Shown here: one piece after another, positions 19,772 through 29,201 of the stretch
How positions within the stretch are numbered: the first letter of the stretch is position 1
Layout of the letters: every line of letters starts with the position of its first letter
NCBI GenBank assembly: GCA_043778625.1
Contig: JAYWFU010000052.1
Location: forward strand, 1,197-65,196
Direction of reading: 5' to 3'
Length of the DNA: 64,000 nucleotides
Source: Bacteroidia bacterium
Lineage (GTDB): Bacteria; Bacteroidota; Bacteroidia; UBA4408
Position numbers and translations under genes: made by a program
The notes under the pieces: model-generated
Database searches by the model: none
What the model was told of the DNA's origin: nothing
Seen by the model: only the letters and a program-made list of their open reading frames with translations

Positions 19772-20983
19772 CTACTTATTCAAATTAAGCAAGTGCCCCA
19801 TTTTTTCTTTTTTAGTAAGCAAGTATTTTTCGTTGTGCGGATTACTTGGTATTTCAATAGCAATAGTTTGAGTAATGGTTAAACCATACCCAATAAGCCC
19901 TGCACGTTTTTTAGGATTATTACTTAATAATTTTATTTTACTAATCCCTAGTTTGCGTAATATTTGCGCTCCTACTCCGTAGTCGCGCTCGTCCATTTTA
20001 AATCCTAATTTTATATTAGCATCCACCGTATCATAGCCTTGCTCTTGCAGTTCGTAGGCTTTAAGTTTATTCATTAAACCTATACCCCTACCCTCTTGGT
20101 TCATGTACAATATAACGCCTTGCCCTGCAGTTTCAATAGCTTGCATTGCGGCATGTAGCTGTGCACCACAATCGCAGCGGCACGAGCCAAATACATCACC
20201 CGTAACGCACGACGAATGCACGCGCACCAGTACCTCATCATCTTCTTTCCACTCGCCTTTAATTAGGGCAATATGTTCGTTATTGTTTAGCAATTCTTTA
20301 AAACCTACTAACTTAAAATCGCCGTACTCGGTAGGCATATTCACAGTAACTACGCGTTCTACAAGGCTTTCGGTACGTATGCGATATTCAATTAAATCTT
20401 TAATTGAAATTATTTTTAAATTAAATTTCTTGGCCACAATTAACAAATCGGGCAGGCGTGCCATAGTGCCGTCGTCGTTCATTATTTCAACAATAACGCC
20501 TGATGGATCGAGGCCTGCTAGGCGTGCTAAATCGGTGGCCGCCTCGGTATGCCCTGCACGGCGCAATACACCCTCTTTGCGTGCACGCAACGGAAATATA
20601 TGCCCAGGTTTGCCCAATTCTTCGGGGCGAGTGGCTGGGTTTACTAATGCAAGTATTGTTTTGGCTCGGTCTTGGGCTGATATTCCTGTAGTGCAACCAT
20701 GGCCTATTAAATCAACTGATACTGTAAACGGTGTTTCGTAAGCAGCGCTATTAGCAGTAACCATGAGGTTAAGCCCTAGCTTTTCGCAACGCTCTTCGAG
20801 TATTGGGGCGCATATTAAGCCACGCCCCTCTTTGGCCATAAAATTTATTATTTCGGGCGTTACCGTTTGCGCGGCGCACAAAAAATCGCCTTCATTTTCG
20901 CGGTCTTCATCATCAACAACAATAATAACTTTTCCGTTTTTTATGTCTTCAATAGCTTCGGGTATAGTGTTTAGTACGCTCAT
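19772..20983 (-). CDS. ribBA: Bifunctional 3,4-dihydroxy-2-butanone-4-phosphate synthase / GTP cyclohydrolase II
   Basis: 403 aa. RibB '[11 protein letters not shown]' plus RibA zinc motif '[20 protein letters not shown]'. Confidence 0.95.
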   Translation of the reverse strand: MSVLNTIPEAIEDIKNGKVIIVVDDEDRENEGDFLCAAQTVTPEIINFMAKEGRGLICAPILEERCEKLGLNLMVTANSAAYETPFTVSVDLIGHGCTTGISAQDRAKTILALVNPATRPEELGKPGHIFPLRARKEGVLRRAGHTEAATDLARLAGLDPSGVIVEIMNDDGTMARLPDLLIVAKKFNLKIISIKDLIEYRIRTESLVERVVTVNMPTEYGDFKLVGFKELLNNNEHIALIKGEWKEDDEVLVRVHSSCVTGDVFGSCRCDCGAQLHAAMQAIETAGQGVILYMNQEGRGIGLMNKLKAYELQEQGYDTVDANIKLGFKMDERDYGVGAQILRKLGISKIKLLSNNPKKRAGLIGYGLTITQTIAIEIPSNPHNEKYLLTKKEKMGHLLNLNK

Positions 20984-21053
20984 TTATAATGTAGATAATA
21001 GATGTTAGATAATAGGTTAGACTTTAGATGATAGGTAATAAGATGGTTTAATA

Positions 21054-22217
21054 TTAATTAAAAATAATATTTTCGAGTAATGTGCAGTTATTGTCCCAAT
21101 CAAAATTATTTACCACAAACTCGTTTCCACTATCGGCTATTGTATTTGCTAACGTAGTATTTTCGAGTAATGTAAAAATATGTTGTGTGTATTCCTCAGG
21201 GGTATTCCCAATTAATATAGATTGGTTGTGAGTGGCCATTAATGCGTTATTAGCCAAGGACGAGGTTATACAAGGTATGTTCATACTCATGGCTTCCAAT
21301 AATTTATTTTGTAAACCTGTACCAATATTCATAGGGGCAATAAATATGCGGGACGATGCGTAACATAGCCGTAAATCCTCCACCCAGCCTGTTACTATAA
21401 CGTTGCTAGAAGCTAAGCGTTTAACAGCAGGCGCAGGATTATGGCCTGCAATAGTTACTTTTATATGTGGATATTTAACCTTAACAAGTGGTATTATTTT
21501 CTCGACCAAGTATATGGCACTATCCACATTAGGCGGGTAACTCATGTTACCTGTAAATAATAAATCGGTTGTTTTGGGTACATCTGTTTTTTTAAAATAA
21601 TTGGTATCCACACCGTTAGCTACAATGTGTATACGTTCTTTAAACGGATGATTAATTAGGTCTTTATCCTGTTGCGATATAATTACTTTTTGTTCAAAAT
21701 AATCAAATATTTTTCGCTCGTACCGTTTAAGGCGGTGGTATTCTAACTTAAATACTGGGCGTAAAAATATATTTTCTTTTTCTATACGGCGCTCCATTCC
21801 CTTACTTAGCACATCCATATAATCTAATGTTTTATCGGCTTTGGTATAATATTTTAAATATTCGGACGTACGTATTAACTGGCAAAAAACCTTGTCAGGA
21901 TTGTAATGATACAGCAGCGCATTAATTTTGAGTTGCGCATAGCGCGAATAAAAATACCCTACTTGAATAGGCTTGGTGCTAAACACGGCTTTGAGTACTT
22001 GGTACACAATGCCATATTTGGGTAGATTAATAATATGAATTGCGGTACAATATTTTTTAAGTTCGTCAATAGACGATTGTTCTACGATGGCGTCGTTGAG
22101 GCAACACAGCACAATTTCATGATTTTGCGACAAGCGTTTTATTTGATGAAACGCACGTAACTTATCGCCTTTTTCGAGCGGGTAAGGTATGCGCGATAAC
22201 AACACAAATAATTTCAT
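21054..22217 (-). CDS. Glycosyltransferase family 4 (GT-B, group 1)
   Basis: 387 aa. C-terminal 'IFIAPMNIGTGLQNKLLEAMSMNIPCI' E-x7-E-like GT4 region. Confidence 0.8.
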   Translation of the reverse strand: MKLFVLLSRIPYPLEKGDKLRAFHQIKRLSQNHEIVLCCLNDAIVEQSSIDELKKYCTAIHIINLPKYGIVYQVLKAVFSTKPIQVGYFYSRYAQLKINALLYHYNPDKVFCQLIRTSEYLKYYTKADKTLDYMDVLSKGMERRIEKENIFLRPVFKLEYHRLKRYERKIFDYFEQKVIISQQDKDLINHPFKERIHIVANGVDTNYFKKTDVPKTTDLLFTGNMSYPPNVDSAIYLVEKIIPLVKVKYPHIKVTIAGHNPAPAVKRLASSNVIVTGWVEDLRLCYASSRIFIAPMNIGTGLQNKLLEAMSMNIPCITSSLANNALMATHNQSILIGNTPEEYTQHIFTLLENTTLANTIADSGNEFVVNNFDWDNNCTLLENIIFN

Positions 22218-22320
22218 TTTGTAAATAATGTACAGACGGTTATATTTTGCGCTAAATTAGTTATTAATGCGGTATAATAGCGCGTGTTTTTAATAGACAA
22301 ATATTTTATAAGTAACAAGT

Positions 22321-24411
22321 TTATTTCAACGATAAGTTTACTGTAAAATCATCAGTATAAAGCCACTGCTTATCAGGATTATAAATGTAAATTTTTAATA
22401 CCGAATGGGGTTTAATTACACTAAATGGTATAAAATCATTTACAAACGCATTGTACCAATTGCCTTGGGCAGTTACATATTTAGCGATGGGTTGCTCAAT
22501 GTGATGATACGACCCTAGCTCGTTTTCTAGCGAAATGATAATTTTTGCACTACACTCACTTTTAGTAAGGCATTGGGTATTTACACCTACACTTAATTTA
22601 TGGTAAGTACTATGGCACAGTATGCTATCGGTAGGTATGGCAAAAGTAGCCGAGTACTCTGCTACTTTACTCGAAAAACTACCCGCATACTTTTGGTCTT
22701 TAACACTACTGGCAGCATCTACGTACCAGTATTTATTAGATTTTACTTCAAATGTACAGGTGTCGTTAATAAGTACTTTTACATCAAATGCGTTGTACCT
22801 AAGTTTGTAAATTTTTAAATCAATAGTTGCATCATCAATAACTAATGTGGCGTTGGAGGTATCAACCGCACGTACAAACATAGGCAAGGTATTTATAGTA
22901 TTACCACTAATGCTAAGCGTATGGCCATTCATTACTAAATAATTGGCAGCACTATTACCAATACAACTATCAATATTAGGTTGAAAATATTCGTAACTTA
23001 TACAATTGCTATAGTTACCAAAGCCTGCATAATACCTAATAATATTGGCTAGTATTTCGTCGGAAATAATGTTAGCCGTGGGGTGCTCACGCACAAATTT
23101 GCTCAGTACTTGCTGTTGTGTACGGTACTTAATTTTACAGGCATACGTGTAATTAGTATAACTAAATATACCTTGTATGGTTATGAAACCCACTAAGAAC
23201 ATTGCTTTTTTATACTTGTAATTTGAATTAATAAACGTAAATATTATAAGTAATAACGCAGTAAGTAGTGTTGCTGTGTAATAAGGTTCTTGCTTAAAAT
23301 AAAGCGCTATAACTGTTAGTACTACCCCCACACTCCCAATAAAGATTCGGCTATTTTTTAATAGTACATGCTCCTTAACAATTGGCGCAAAAGCAATAGC
23401 GCCAACAGGTACTAAATACATAAAGTGCCTAATATCAGGGCACATGGGGCTATACGAAGTTATTGAAACCGACATAAAATTAGCGGCTAATAATCCAACA
23501 ATAAAAAATGAAATGAATAAATCGGCAGAGTTATTAGCCCCTAGTACTAACGTAAAACGTTGTTGACTAAATAAATAACCTATTACCACAACCCCACACA
23601 ACAGCATAGTACTTACATTAAGCACTTCAACAAAGCCAATAGATAAGCGATTAATTAAATATTGAATAGGCTGATGGCTGTAGCTACAGTTATTTAAGTA
23701 TTCGTTGCTATATATTGCTTTTAGCCTACTAAATGCGTTGCCATTAATAAAATAAAACGAAGTAAGATACACCACCAAAAACAATATAATAAACAAAGAG
23801 GCGTATTTCCAAAACAATATATTCCGTTTCTTAACTATATCGATAATCATTAAAAACGTATACGGAATTACCAACAAAATAATGTCCTCCTTAGCCAAAA
23901 AACCAAGTATAATTCCTGCCGAAAATAGTGCCGCATAGCGCAATGGATTTGCTTCTCCGCCATCAAATTTATGCTTGTGCAATGCATACATAGTAATAAT
24001 TACACTTACGGTTAGGTAAGAATCGGCCATGAGTTTATCCATATAAAACAAGGTCCAGCAATCTTGTACATACACGCTTAGCACAAGCACTGTAATAAAC
24101 ACACCTTGCTTACGCACTATGACATGTACTATTAACACACCAATACTATTAATAACGACGGAGGGCAGAGCACTGGCAAAATCAGTAATGCCAAATATAT
24201 AGTAAGATAATGCCGTTAAAAACAAGGTAGGGAAACGATACGTAAAATGCTCGTTCCAGTTAAACTTGCCATGCAATACATCAGCTGATAGTTGTGCAAA
24301 TAACATATCATCAAACCCATAATGGCCAATATAACTAAAGCAATGCGTAGCTATAATAATAGTTATAAAAAACAACACTATAAATTGATGTGTGTAACGC
24401 TGTAGATTCAT
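22321..24411 (-). CDS. GT-C fold membrane glycosyltransferase (ArnT/PMT/family-39-like) with ~270-aa C-terminal soluble domain
   Basis: 696 aa. ~12 N-terminal TM helices with early 'DD' loop ('HYGFDDMLFA'), typical of GT-C enzymes. C-terminal half is hydrophilic. Confidence 0.5.
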   Translation of the reverse strand: MNLQRYTHQFIVLFFITIIIATHCFSYIGHYGFDDMLFAQLSADVLHGKFNWNEHFTYRFPTLFLTALSYYIFGITDFASALPSVVINSIGVLIVHVIVRKQGVFITVLVLSVYVQDCWTLFYMDKLMADSYLTVSVIITMYALHKHKFDGGEANPLRYAALFSAGIILGFLAKEDIILLVIPYTFLMIIDIVKKRNILFWKYASLFIILFLVVYLTSFYFINGNAFSRLKAIYSNEYLNNCSYSHQPIQYLINRLSIGFVEVLNVSTMLLCGVVVIGYLFSQQRFTLVLGANNSADLFISFFIVGLLAANFMSVSITSYSPMCPDIRHFMYLVPVGAIAFAPIVKEHVLLKNSRIFIGSVGVVLTVIALYFKQEPYYTATLLTALLLIIFTFINSNYKYKKAMFLVGFITIQGIFSYTNYTYACKIKYRTQQQVLSKFVREHPTANIISDEILANIIRYYAGFGNYSNCISYEYFQPNIDSCIGNSAANYLVMNGHTLSISGNTINTLPMFVRAVDTSNATLVIDDATIDLKIYKLRYNAFDVKVLINDTCTFEVKSNKYWYVDAASSVKDQKYAGSFSSKVAEYSATFAIPTDSILCHSTYHKLSVGVNTQCLTKSECSAKIIISLENELGSYHHIEQPIAKYVTAQGNWYNAFVNDFIPFSVIKPHSVLKIYIYNPDKQWLYTDDFTVNLSLK

Positions 24412-24602
24412 AATAAAATATAATAGAAATTCTGAAGTGAAAAAAACAAATGTGCAAAAAACAATTTACTAATTTTTAAAATTGTAAATTATATGCTTAA
24501 AATTACAATTGTGAATAAGTAACCCAATAAATTACTAGCTATTACTAACTCAAATTAAAAAACACATTAAATTTGCGTTTAATAATAAACACGAAGTAAC
24601 TA

Positions 24603-24974
24603 ATGCAAAACATATTTATAGCCTCTACTTCTTTAACACCTCGCATTGTATTAAACAGCAATACATTGGAGTTTTCGGTATCGGGGAAGTCATGCCCAGA
24701 AGATGGCTTAACCTATTATAAATTCGTAACCGATTATATTGAGACTATTAAGCTATCGGAGATTGAAAATTTTACCTTTAAATTTGATTTAGAGTATGCC
24801 AATACCTCATCAGCAAAAGCATTTGTAAATATAATTTACAAAATGCAAGAGCTTAACAACCCTAGTGTTATATGGATGTACGAGCAAGACGATGACGAAA
24901 TACTTGAATTAGGTACGGATATATCTACCATTGTAAATGTTCCGTTTACGTTTATTATTAAAAAAAATCAATAA
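24603..24974 (+). CDS. DUF1987 (SiaC-like) partner-switch regulatory protein
   Basis: 123 aa. 'TPRIVLNSNTLEFSVSGKSCPED' and 'LEYANTSSAKAF' match the DUF1987/SiaC pattern, including the NTSS Thr-containing loop. Confidence 0.6.
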   Translation: MQNIFIASTSLTPRIVLNSNTLEFSVSGKSCPEDGLTYYKFVTDYIETIKLSEIENFTFKFDLEYANTSSAKAFVNIIYKMQELNNPSVIWMYEQDDDEILELGTDISTIVNVPFTFIIKKNQ

Positions 24975-24997
24975 CTCACAATTTAAACAAAAAAAAC

Positions 24998-25408
24998 ATG
25001 TATCCAGCAGAAATGGTATTACCAATGAAAGCCGAGCTTACTCAAGCTGGTTTCGAAGATTTAACAACTCCAGCACAAGTTGATGCTGCCATAGCAAGCC
25101 CAGGCACAGTGCTTGTGGTTGTAAACTCAGTGTGTGGTTGCGCTGCAGGCGCAGCTCGCCCAGGTGTAAAAGCAAGCCTCGACAACGCCAAAAAACCAAT
25201 GAAAATTACTACTGTATTTGCAGGATTTGATAGCGATGCTGTTGCTCAAGCACGTACGCATTTTGCACCATTCCCGCCATCATCGCCATGTGTAGCATTG
25301 TTCAAAGATGGTAAATTACAACACTTTATTGAGCGTCACAATATTGAGGGTCGCTCGGCAGCTATGATTGCTGAACATCTAAAAGCAGCCTACGACGAAT
25401 TTTGTTAA
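24998..25408 (+). CDS. Bacilliredoxin-like protein (YphP/YqiW, DUF1094, BrxA/BrxB family)
   Basis: 136 aa. Near-identical architecture to B. subtilis YphP: 'VVPMKAELTQAGFEDLTT', redox 'NSVCGCAAG', 'PSSPCVALFKDGKLQHFIERHNIEG'. Confidence 0.8.
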   Translation: MYPAEMVLPMKAELTQAGFEDLTTPAQVDAAIASPGTVLVVVNSVCGCAAGAARPGVKASLDNAKKPMKITTVFAGFDSDAVAQARTHFAPFPPSSPCVALFKDGKLQHFIERHNIEGRSAAMIAEHLKAAYDEFC

Positions 25409-25436
25409 TTTGAGTCTTCACACTCCACAAATCAAA

Positions 25437-25470
25437 GCGTTACATTATTAGTTAATGTAGCGCTTTTTTT
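25437..25470 (+). terminator. Rho-independent terminator after the bacilliredoxin-like gene
   Basis: gcgttacatta / taatgtagcgc stem (one G·U) followed by TTTTTTT. Confidence 0.65.
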
Positions 25471-25549
25471 ATAATTAAAAACTGACAATACGTTTTAGCA
25501 CCAAAAAATAAACGTACATTTGAATTTATTAAAATTAAAGAAATTTATT

Positions 25550-26362
25550 ATGCTTAAAAATTTACTATCATTAGTTATTGTATCGTTAATAGTAACAACC
25601 GTATTTGCTCAAAAAGGTAAATTAGTTAAAACAAGTAGTGAAGACGTGTCACTATTAAAGTTATCGTTTCAAAACGGTAACTGGAACGAAGTAGATCGAT
25701 TATTTGCTGCAAACACAAAAACTACTGACAGTACCTTTATAGCATTGCAAAGTGCTTACAACATAATGAACGATAGTTTAAAAAATAAATATACCTATAT
25801 AACCAATAAACAAAAACCTAAGTGCATAAGTATTAACGGTGCCGAATCAGTTGACCCTAGAAACCCTAATGTTACCTACGTGTGGACAATGCCCAACGGC
25901 GAAGAAAAAGAAGGAACGATAATAACACATTGCTTTGCAGATACCGGAATTCAGAGAGTAAAACTAACGTTTAAAGACAATGGTAGCGACATGAAATTTA
26001 TTGATGATACTGTACTTACCATACACATACAAATACCCCCTGCAAATGTTACAGGGGGTAATATACAAGGCGTAAACACTACTAAACAGTATGAGGCCAA
26101 TAGCGTGTATGGCAACGATGCTGAATACGTGTGGGATACTAAAGATGATAAATATTACACTGGCAAAATTGCCAAAATTAAGTACGAGCGTGAGGGAGTG
26201 TACCGTTTAACTTGTTATATTAAAAATAAAATTAATCCCGCTAGTCCAATATTAGTAGTGGAACAAAAAGTAGCTGTTACACGCAGCTATGTACGAGGAA
26301 GTACTATTGTAAGTACCGTAAACGAACACTATCAAGAAAAAACGGGTACTGTAACTAAATAA
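25550..26362 (+). CDS. Secreted protein with PKD-like Ig fold(s)
   Basis: Start placed at internal Met giving signal peptide 'MLKNLLSLVIVSLIVTTVFAQ'. 'YVWTMPNGEEKEGTIITHCFADTGIQRVKLTFKDNGS' resembles a PKD domain. The printed sequence and the ORF track may be offset by 1 nt here. Confidence 0.5.
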   Translation: MLKNLLSLVIVSLIVTTVFAQKGKLVKTSSEDVSLLKLSFQNGNWNEVDRLFAANTKTTDSTFIALQSAYNIMNDSLKNKYTYITNKQKPKCISINGAESVDPRNPNVTYVWTMPNGEEKEGTIITHCFADTGIQRVKLTFKDNGSDMKFIDDTVLTIHIQIPPANVTGGNIQGVNTTKQYEANSVYGNDAEYVWDTKDDKYYTGKIAKIKYEREGVYRLTCYIKNKINPASPILVVEQKVAVTRSYVRGSTIVSTVNEHYQEKTGTVTK

Positions 26363-26395
26363 GTAACCCTACTAATTAGTTAGCTAAACATAATA

Positions 26396-28228
26396 ATGTA
26401 CTCTTTTTTATCAATATTGCGTAATACCTTTGCATTCGTTGTTGATTATGAAGGCAAAGTAATTGGTTATAGCAATTGGTTTAGTACACAAGGCATAGTG
26501 TTAAATCAACAAAGCCATTTAAACAACTTTGTTATTGATTTTAACGCCACATCACTAACTAACTTAATAAGTGAAAACAAACCTTATGTTATTGACTTCT
26601 TTGTTAAAAAAAAACATAAGTTTTTTGAACTAACCTGCGAGGTTATTGATAGTAAAAGTTACTTACTGTTAGGGAACGACGTTACCCAATTAAAATCAAC
26701 TTTACAGGAGCTTAATTTTGTAAGTAATATATCGGAGTTAAATGTTACTCGTTTGCACAAAACATTATTGCAATTAGAAATATCAAAAACTACCTTGTTA
26801 GAAAGTAAATTATCAAAGGAACAAATGATGGCACACATGAGCCACGAGGTACGCTCGCCATTAAATGTAATACACGGTTTTACTGAATTATTAGCAGATA
26901 CTAAGTTAACTAACGAGCAAACGGAGTATGTAAATACAATAAAATTTGCAAACGAAAATTTAATAAATTTAGCCAATAGTATCCTTAATTTTTCGAAGCT
27001 AGAAGCTGGTAAATACAACGTTAACAAATCAAAGGTAAATGTAGCTGTACTTATTAATAAGAGTATTAACGCCTTTAAAATAAAGGCACAAGAAAAATCA
27101 ATAGCAATAACTCTTAACAATACCCTTACTACTGATAAATTATATTGGATTGATGTAACTCATTATTCTCAAATAATAATTAATTTATTAAGTAATGCTA
27201 TAAAATTTACGCCACAAGGTACTATTACAGTAACTGTAAGTTATAGTAATAACGAGTTAATAACGCAAGTAAAAGATAGTGGTATAGGCATACCTAAAGC
27301 ACACCAACAAAGTGTGTTTAATACCTTTGAGCAAGTACCCAACTCACCTTACAACACGCTAGGTACAGGCTTAGGCCTAACTATTGTTAAGCAATTGGTA
27401 ACTCTCAATAACGGTACTATTGTGCTAAACAGCTCCCCAAATAAAGGCACTGCATTTACGGTAACACTACCTACTACTGAGGTTACAGCTACAGTTACTA
27501 CAGCTAGTAATACACAACTATCTCACGATTTAAGTAATTATACTATTTTGGTAGCCGAAGATCAGGTGCTTAATCAAACCTTAATACGTAAAATTCTTAC
27601 TAAGGCCAAAGCAACAGTAACTGTTGTAAATAATGGTAAGGAAGCGCTAGATGCAATTATTCAAAATAAAACACATTATAACTTAGTGTTACTAGACATA
27701 AACATGCCTGTACTCAACGGTATTATTACTACCGAAAACTTACGTAATAAATTAAATTATTACGCTCCCATTATTTGCCTAACAGCTGATGCAAACCCTG
27801 CTACTTATACTCAAGTAATGATTGCTGGCGGCAATGGCGTTATTACTAAGCCGTTTGATGTTAATGATTTAATTCACCTCATTACAACTCAAACGGAGTA
27901 TAAAATATCGTTTGACTACTTTGATAATTTGGCAGAAAAAGATATTGATTTTCGTAATGAATTAATTGATAATTGCATAACATCTATTAAAACTGACGCA
28001 ATAGCATTGGCTAATACTTATGCTAGTAATCAACACAAAAAAGCAATAGACTTAATTCATAATTTAAAAGGTACAACTGCAATGTTTTATTGTAGTACAT
28101 TTAACCACGAAATTACAAGTGTTAATACTATTATTAACGAAAGAGAACTTACTAAGGAAGAACACTTTTCATTTTTAGAAAAAACGAATTCTTTTATTTA
28201 CAGCGTACTACACAATTTTAAAAATTAA
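26396..28228 (+). CDS. Cytoplasmic hybrid sensor histidine kinase (PAS-like N-term, HisKA, HATPase_c, REC, Hpt)
   Basis: 610 aa with no TM segments. H-box 'MSHEVRSPLN', G-box 'GTGLGLTIVKQLV', REC 'ILVAEDQ...LLDINMPVLNG', C-terminal 'HNLKGTTAMF' Hpt-like HxxKG. Confidence 0.85.
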   Translation: MYSFLSILRNTFAFVVDYEGKVIGYSNWFSTQGIVLNQQSHLNNFVIDFNATSLTNLISENKPYVIDFFVKKKHKFFELTCEVIDSKSYLLLGNDVTQLKSTLQELNFVSNISELNVTRLHKTLLQLEISKTTLLESKLSKEQMMAHMSHEVRSPLNVIHGFTELLADTKLTNEQTEYVNTIKFANENLINLANSILNFSKLEAGKYNVNKSKVNVAVLINKSINAFKIKAQEKSIAITLNNTLTTDKLYWIDVTHYSQIIINLLSNAIKFTPQGTITVTVSYSNNELITQVKDSGIGIPKAHQQSVFNTFEQVPNSPYNTLGTGLGLTIVKQLVTLNNGTIVLNSSPNKGTAFTVTLPTTEVTATVTTASNTQLSHDLSNYTILVAEDQVLNQTLIRKILTKAKATVTVVNNGKEALDAIIQNKTHYNLVLLDINMPVLNGIITTENLRNKLNYYAPIICLTADANPATYTQVMIAGGNGVITKPFDVNDLIHLITTQTEYKISFDYFDNLAEKDIDFRNELIDNCITSIKTDAIALANTYASNQHKKAIDLIHNLKGTTAMFYCSTFNHEITSVNTIINERELTKEEHFSFLEKTNSFIYSVLHNFKN

Positions 28229-28235
28229 CCTACTC

Positions 28236-29201
28236 ATGAAACATTATTTATTTTTTTGTTTACTGCTTTTTTCAGCAATTACTGCTGTAGTAGCTCAGCC
28301 TATTCCGTCAAAATATAATAATATTGAGTTTTTGCAAACATTTGGCAATAAAGCTTCTGCTGCTTGGGGCGATGATGATTATGTGCAGACAAATTTTGTA
28401 GCTGTACCACTAGATTACAAGCAGCCACTTTACATACGTATATTTGATGCGAATTGTGGTGGTGCGCACGACCAAATAAATGGCACATATAACACCAAAA
28501 CAAAATTTACCGTGTATGGCGGCAACGGGGCGTATAGCAACGAGGACGCACGAAAAATTAACCCTGTTAATAATTATGATAGTGGAGTACTATTATATAC
28601 CAAAGTGTTTGATAATTCGCCTGAATTTGATAATAACTGGTTTACTTTTGGGCCAATAAACCCAAGCGAGGGCGAGTTTGACAAAGAATTAAATGCGCAT
28701 GTGTTTAAAATTATAACTGAGGGTATATCAGGCGACGATGGTAATATGTATAATTATTACATTAGTACTAGTGGTACTGATAATAAACCTATTGAGGGAC
28801 TAAATACTTTTGCTTATGAAATTAGTTTTAGAATGCAACCTAGTGCCGAACAAAAACAAATACATATTTACCCATTTGTAGATAAACAAGTAGTAAGTAT
28901 TACGCAAAACAATTTTGATTTTGATAACCTAGGTTTTGTACGTTTAACAAGCGTTGCCAAAAAAGTAAATATTCAAGAGGCATCGTTAGATGGTACTTGG
29001 GCCAAAACATTAGCCAAAATAACTGAAGCCGAATTAAATACATCGCTAGATTATTGTATTGTAAACACGAGTACTAAAACTAACGATGCCACATTGTACT
29101 TTGTAAACCAATATGGCAAAGCCATTCCGTTTTTTACTACACCTATTGGTGGACTACCTAAATACAAATACAAAATTAATATAAGCTACGATGTGGAATA
29201 A
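28236..29201 (+). CDS. Secreted hypothetical protein
   Basis: 321 aa. Signal peptide 'MKHYLFFCLLLFSAITAVVAQ'. No recognisable catalytic motifs. Tight spacing (8 nt) to upstream HK. Confidence 0.55.
   Translation: MKHYLFFCLLLFSAITAVVAQPIPSKYNNIEFLQTFGNKASAAWGDDDYVQTNFVAVPLDYKQPLYIRIFDANCGGAHDQINGTYNTKTKFTVYGGNGAYSNEDARKINPVNNYDSGVLLYTKVFDNSPEFDNNWFTFGPINPSEGEFDKELNAHVFKIITEGISGDDGNMYNYYISTSGTDNKPIEGLNTFAYEISFRMQPSAEQKQIHIYPFVDKQVVSITQNNFDFDNLGFVRLTSVAKKVNIQEASLDGTWAKTLAKITEAELNTSLDYCIVNTSTKTNDATLYFVNQYGKAIPFFTTPIGGLPKYKYKINISYDVE

Noticed and set aside
20103-20741. 212-aa plus-strand ORF and several 60-80-aa ORFs antisense to ribBA
   Set aside because: Fully embedded antisense to a highly conserved gene. 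Ser/Arg/Pro-rich low-complexity translation typical of GC-richer antisense frames.
20984-21053. Possible FMN riboswitch upstream of ribBA (AT-rich 'agataata/agatgata' reiterations)
   Set aside because: Only ~70 nt of spacer. It lacks the GC-rich conserved FMN aptamer core (AGGAUAGGG…CCCUACCGG-like segments), and the next gene starts at 21054. Probably just a promoter region.
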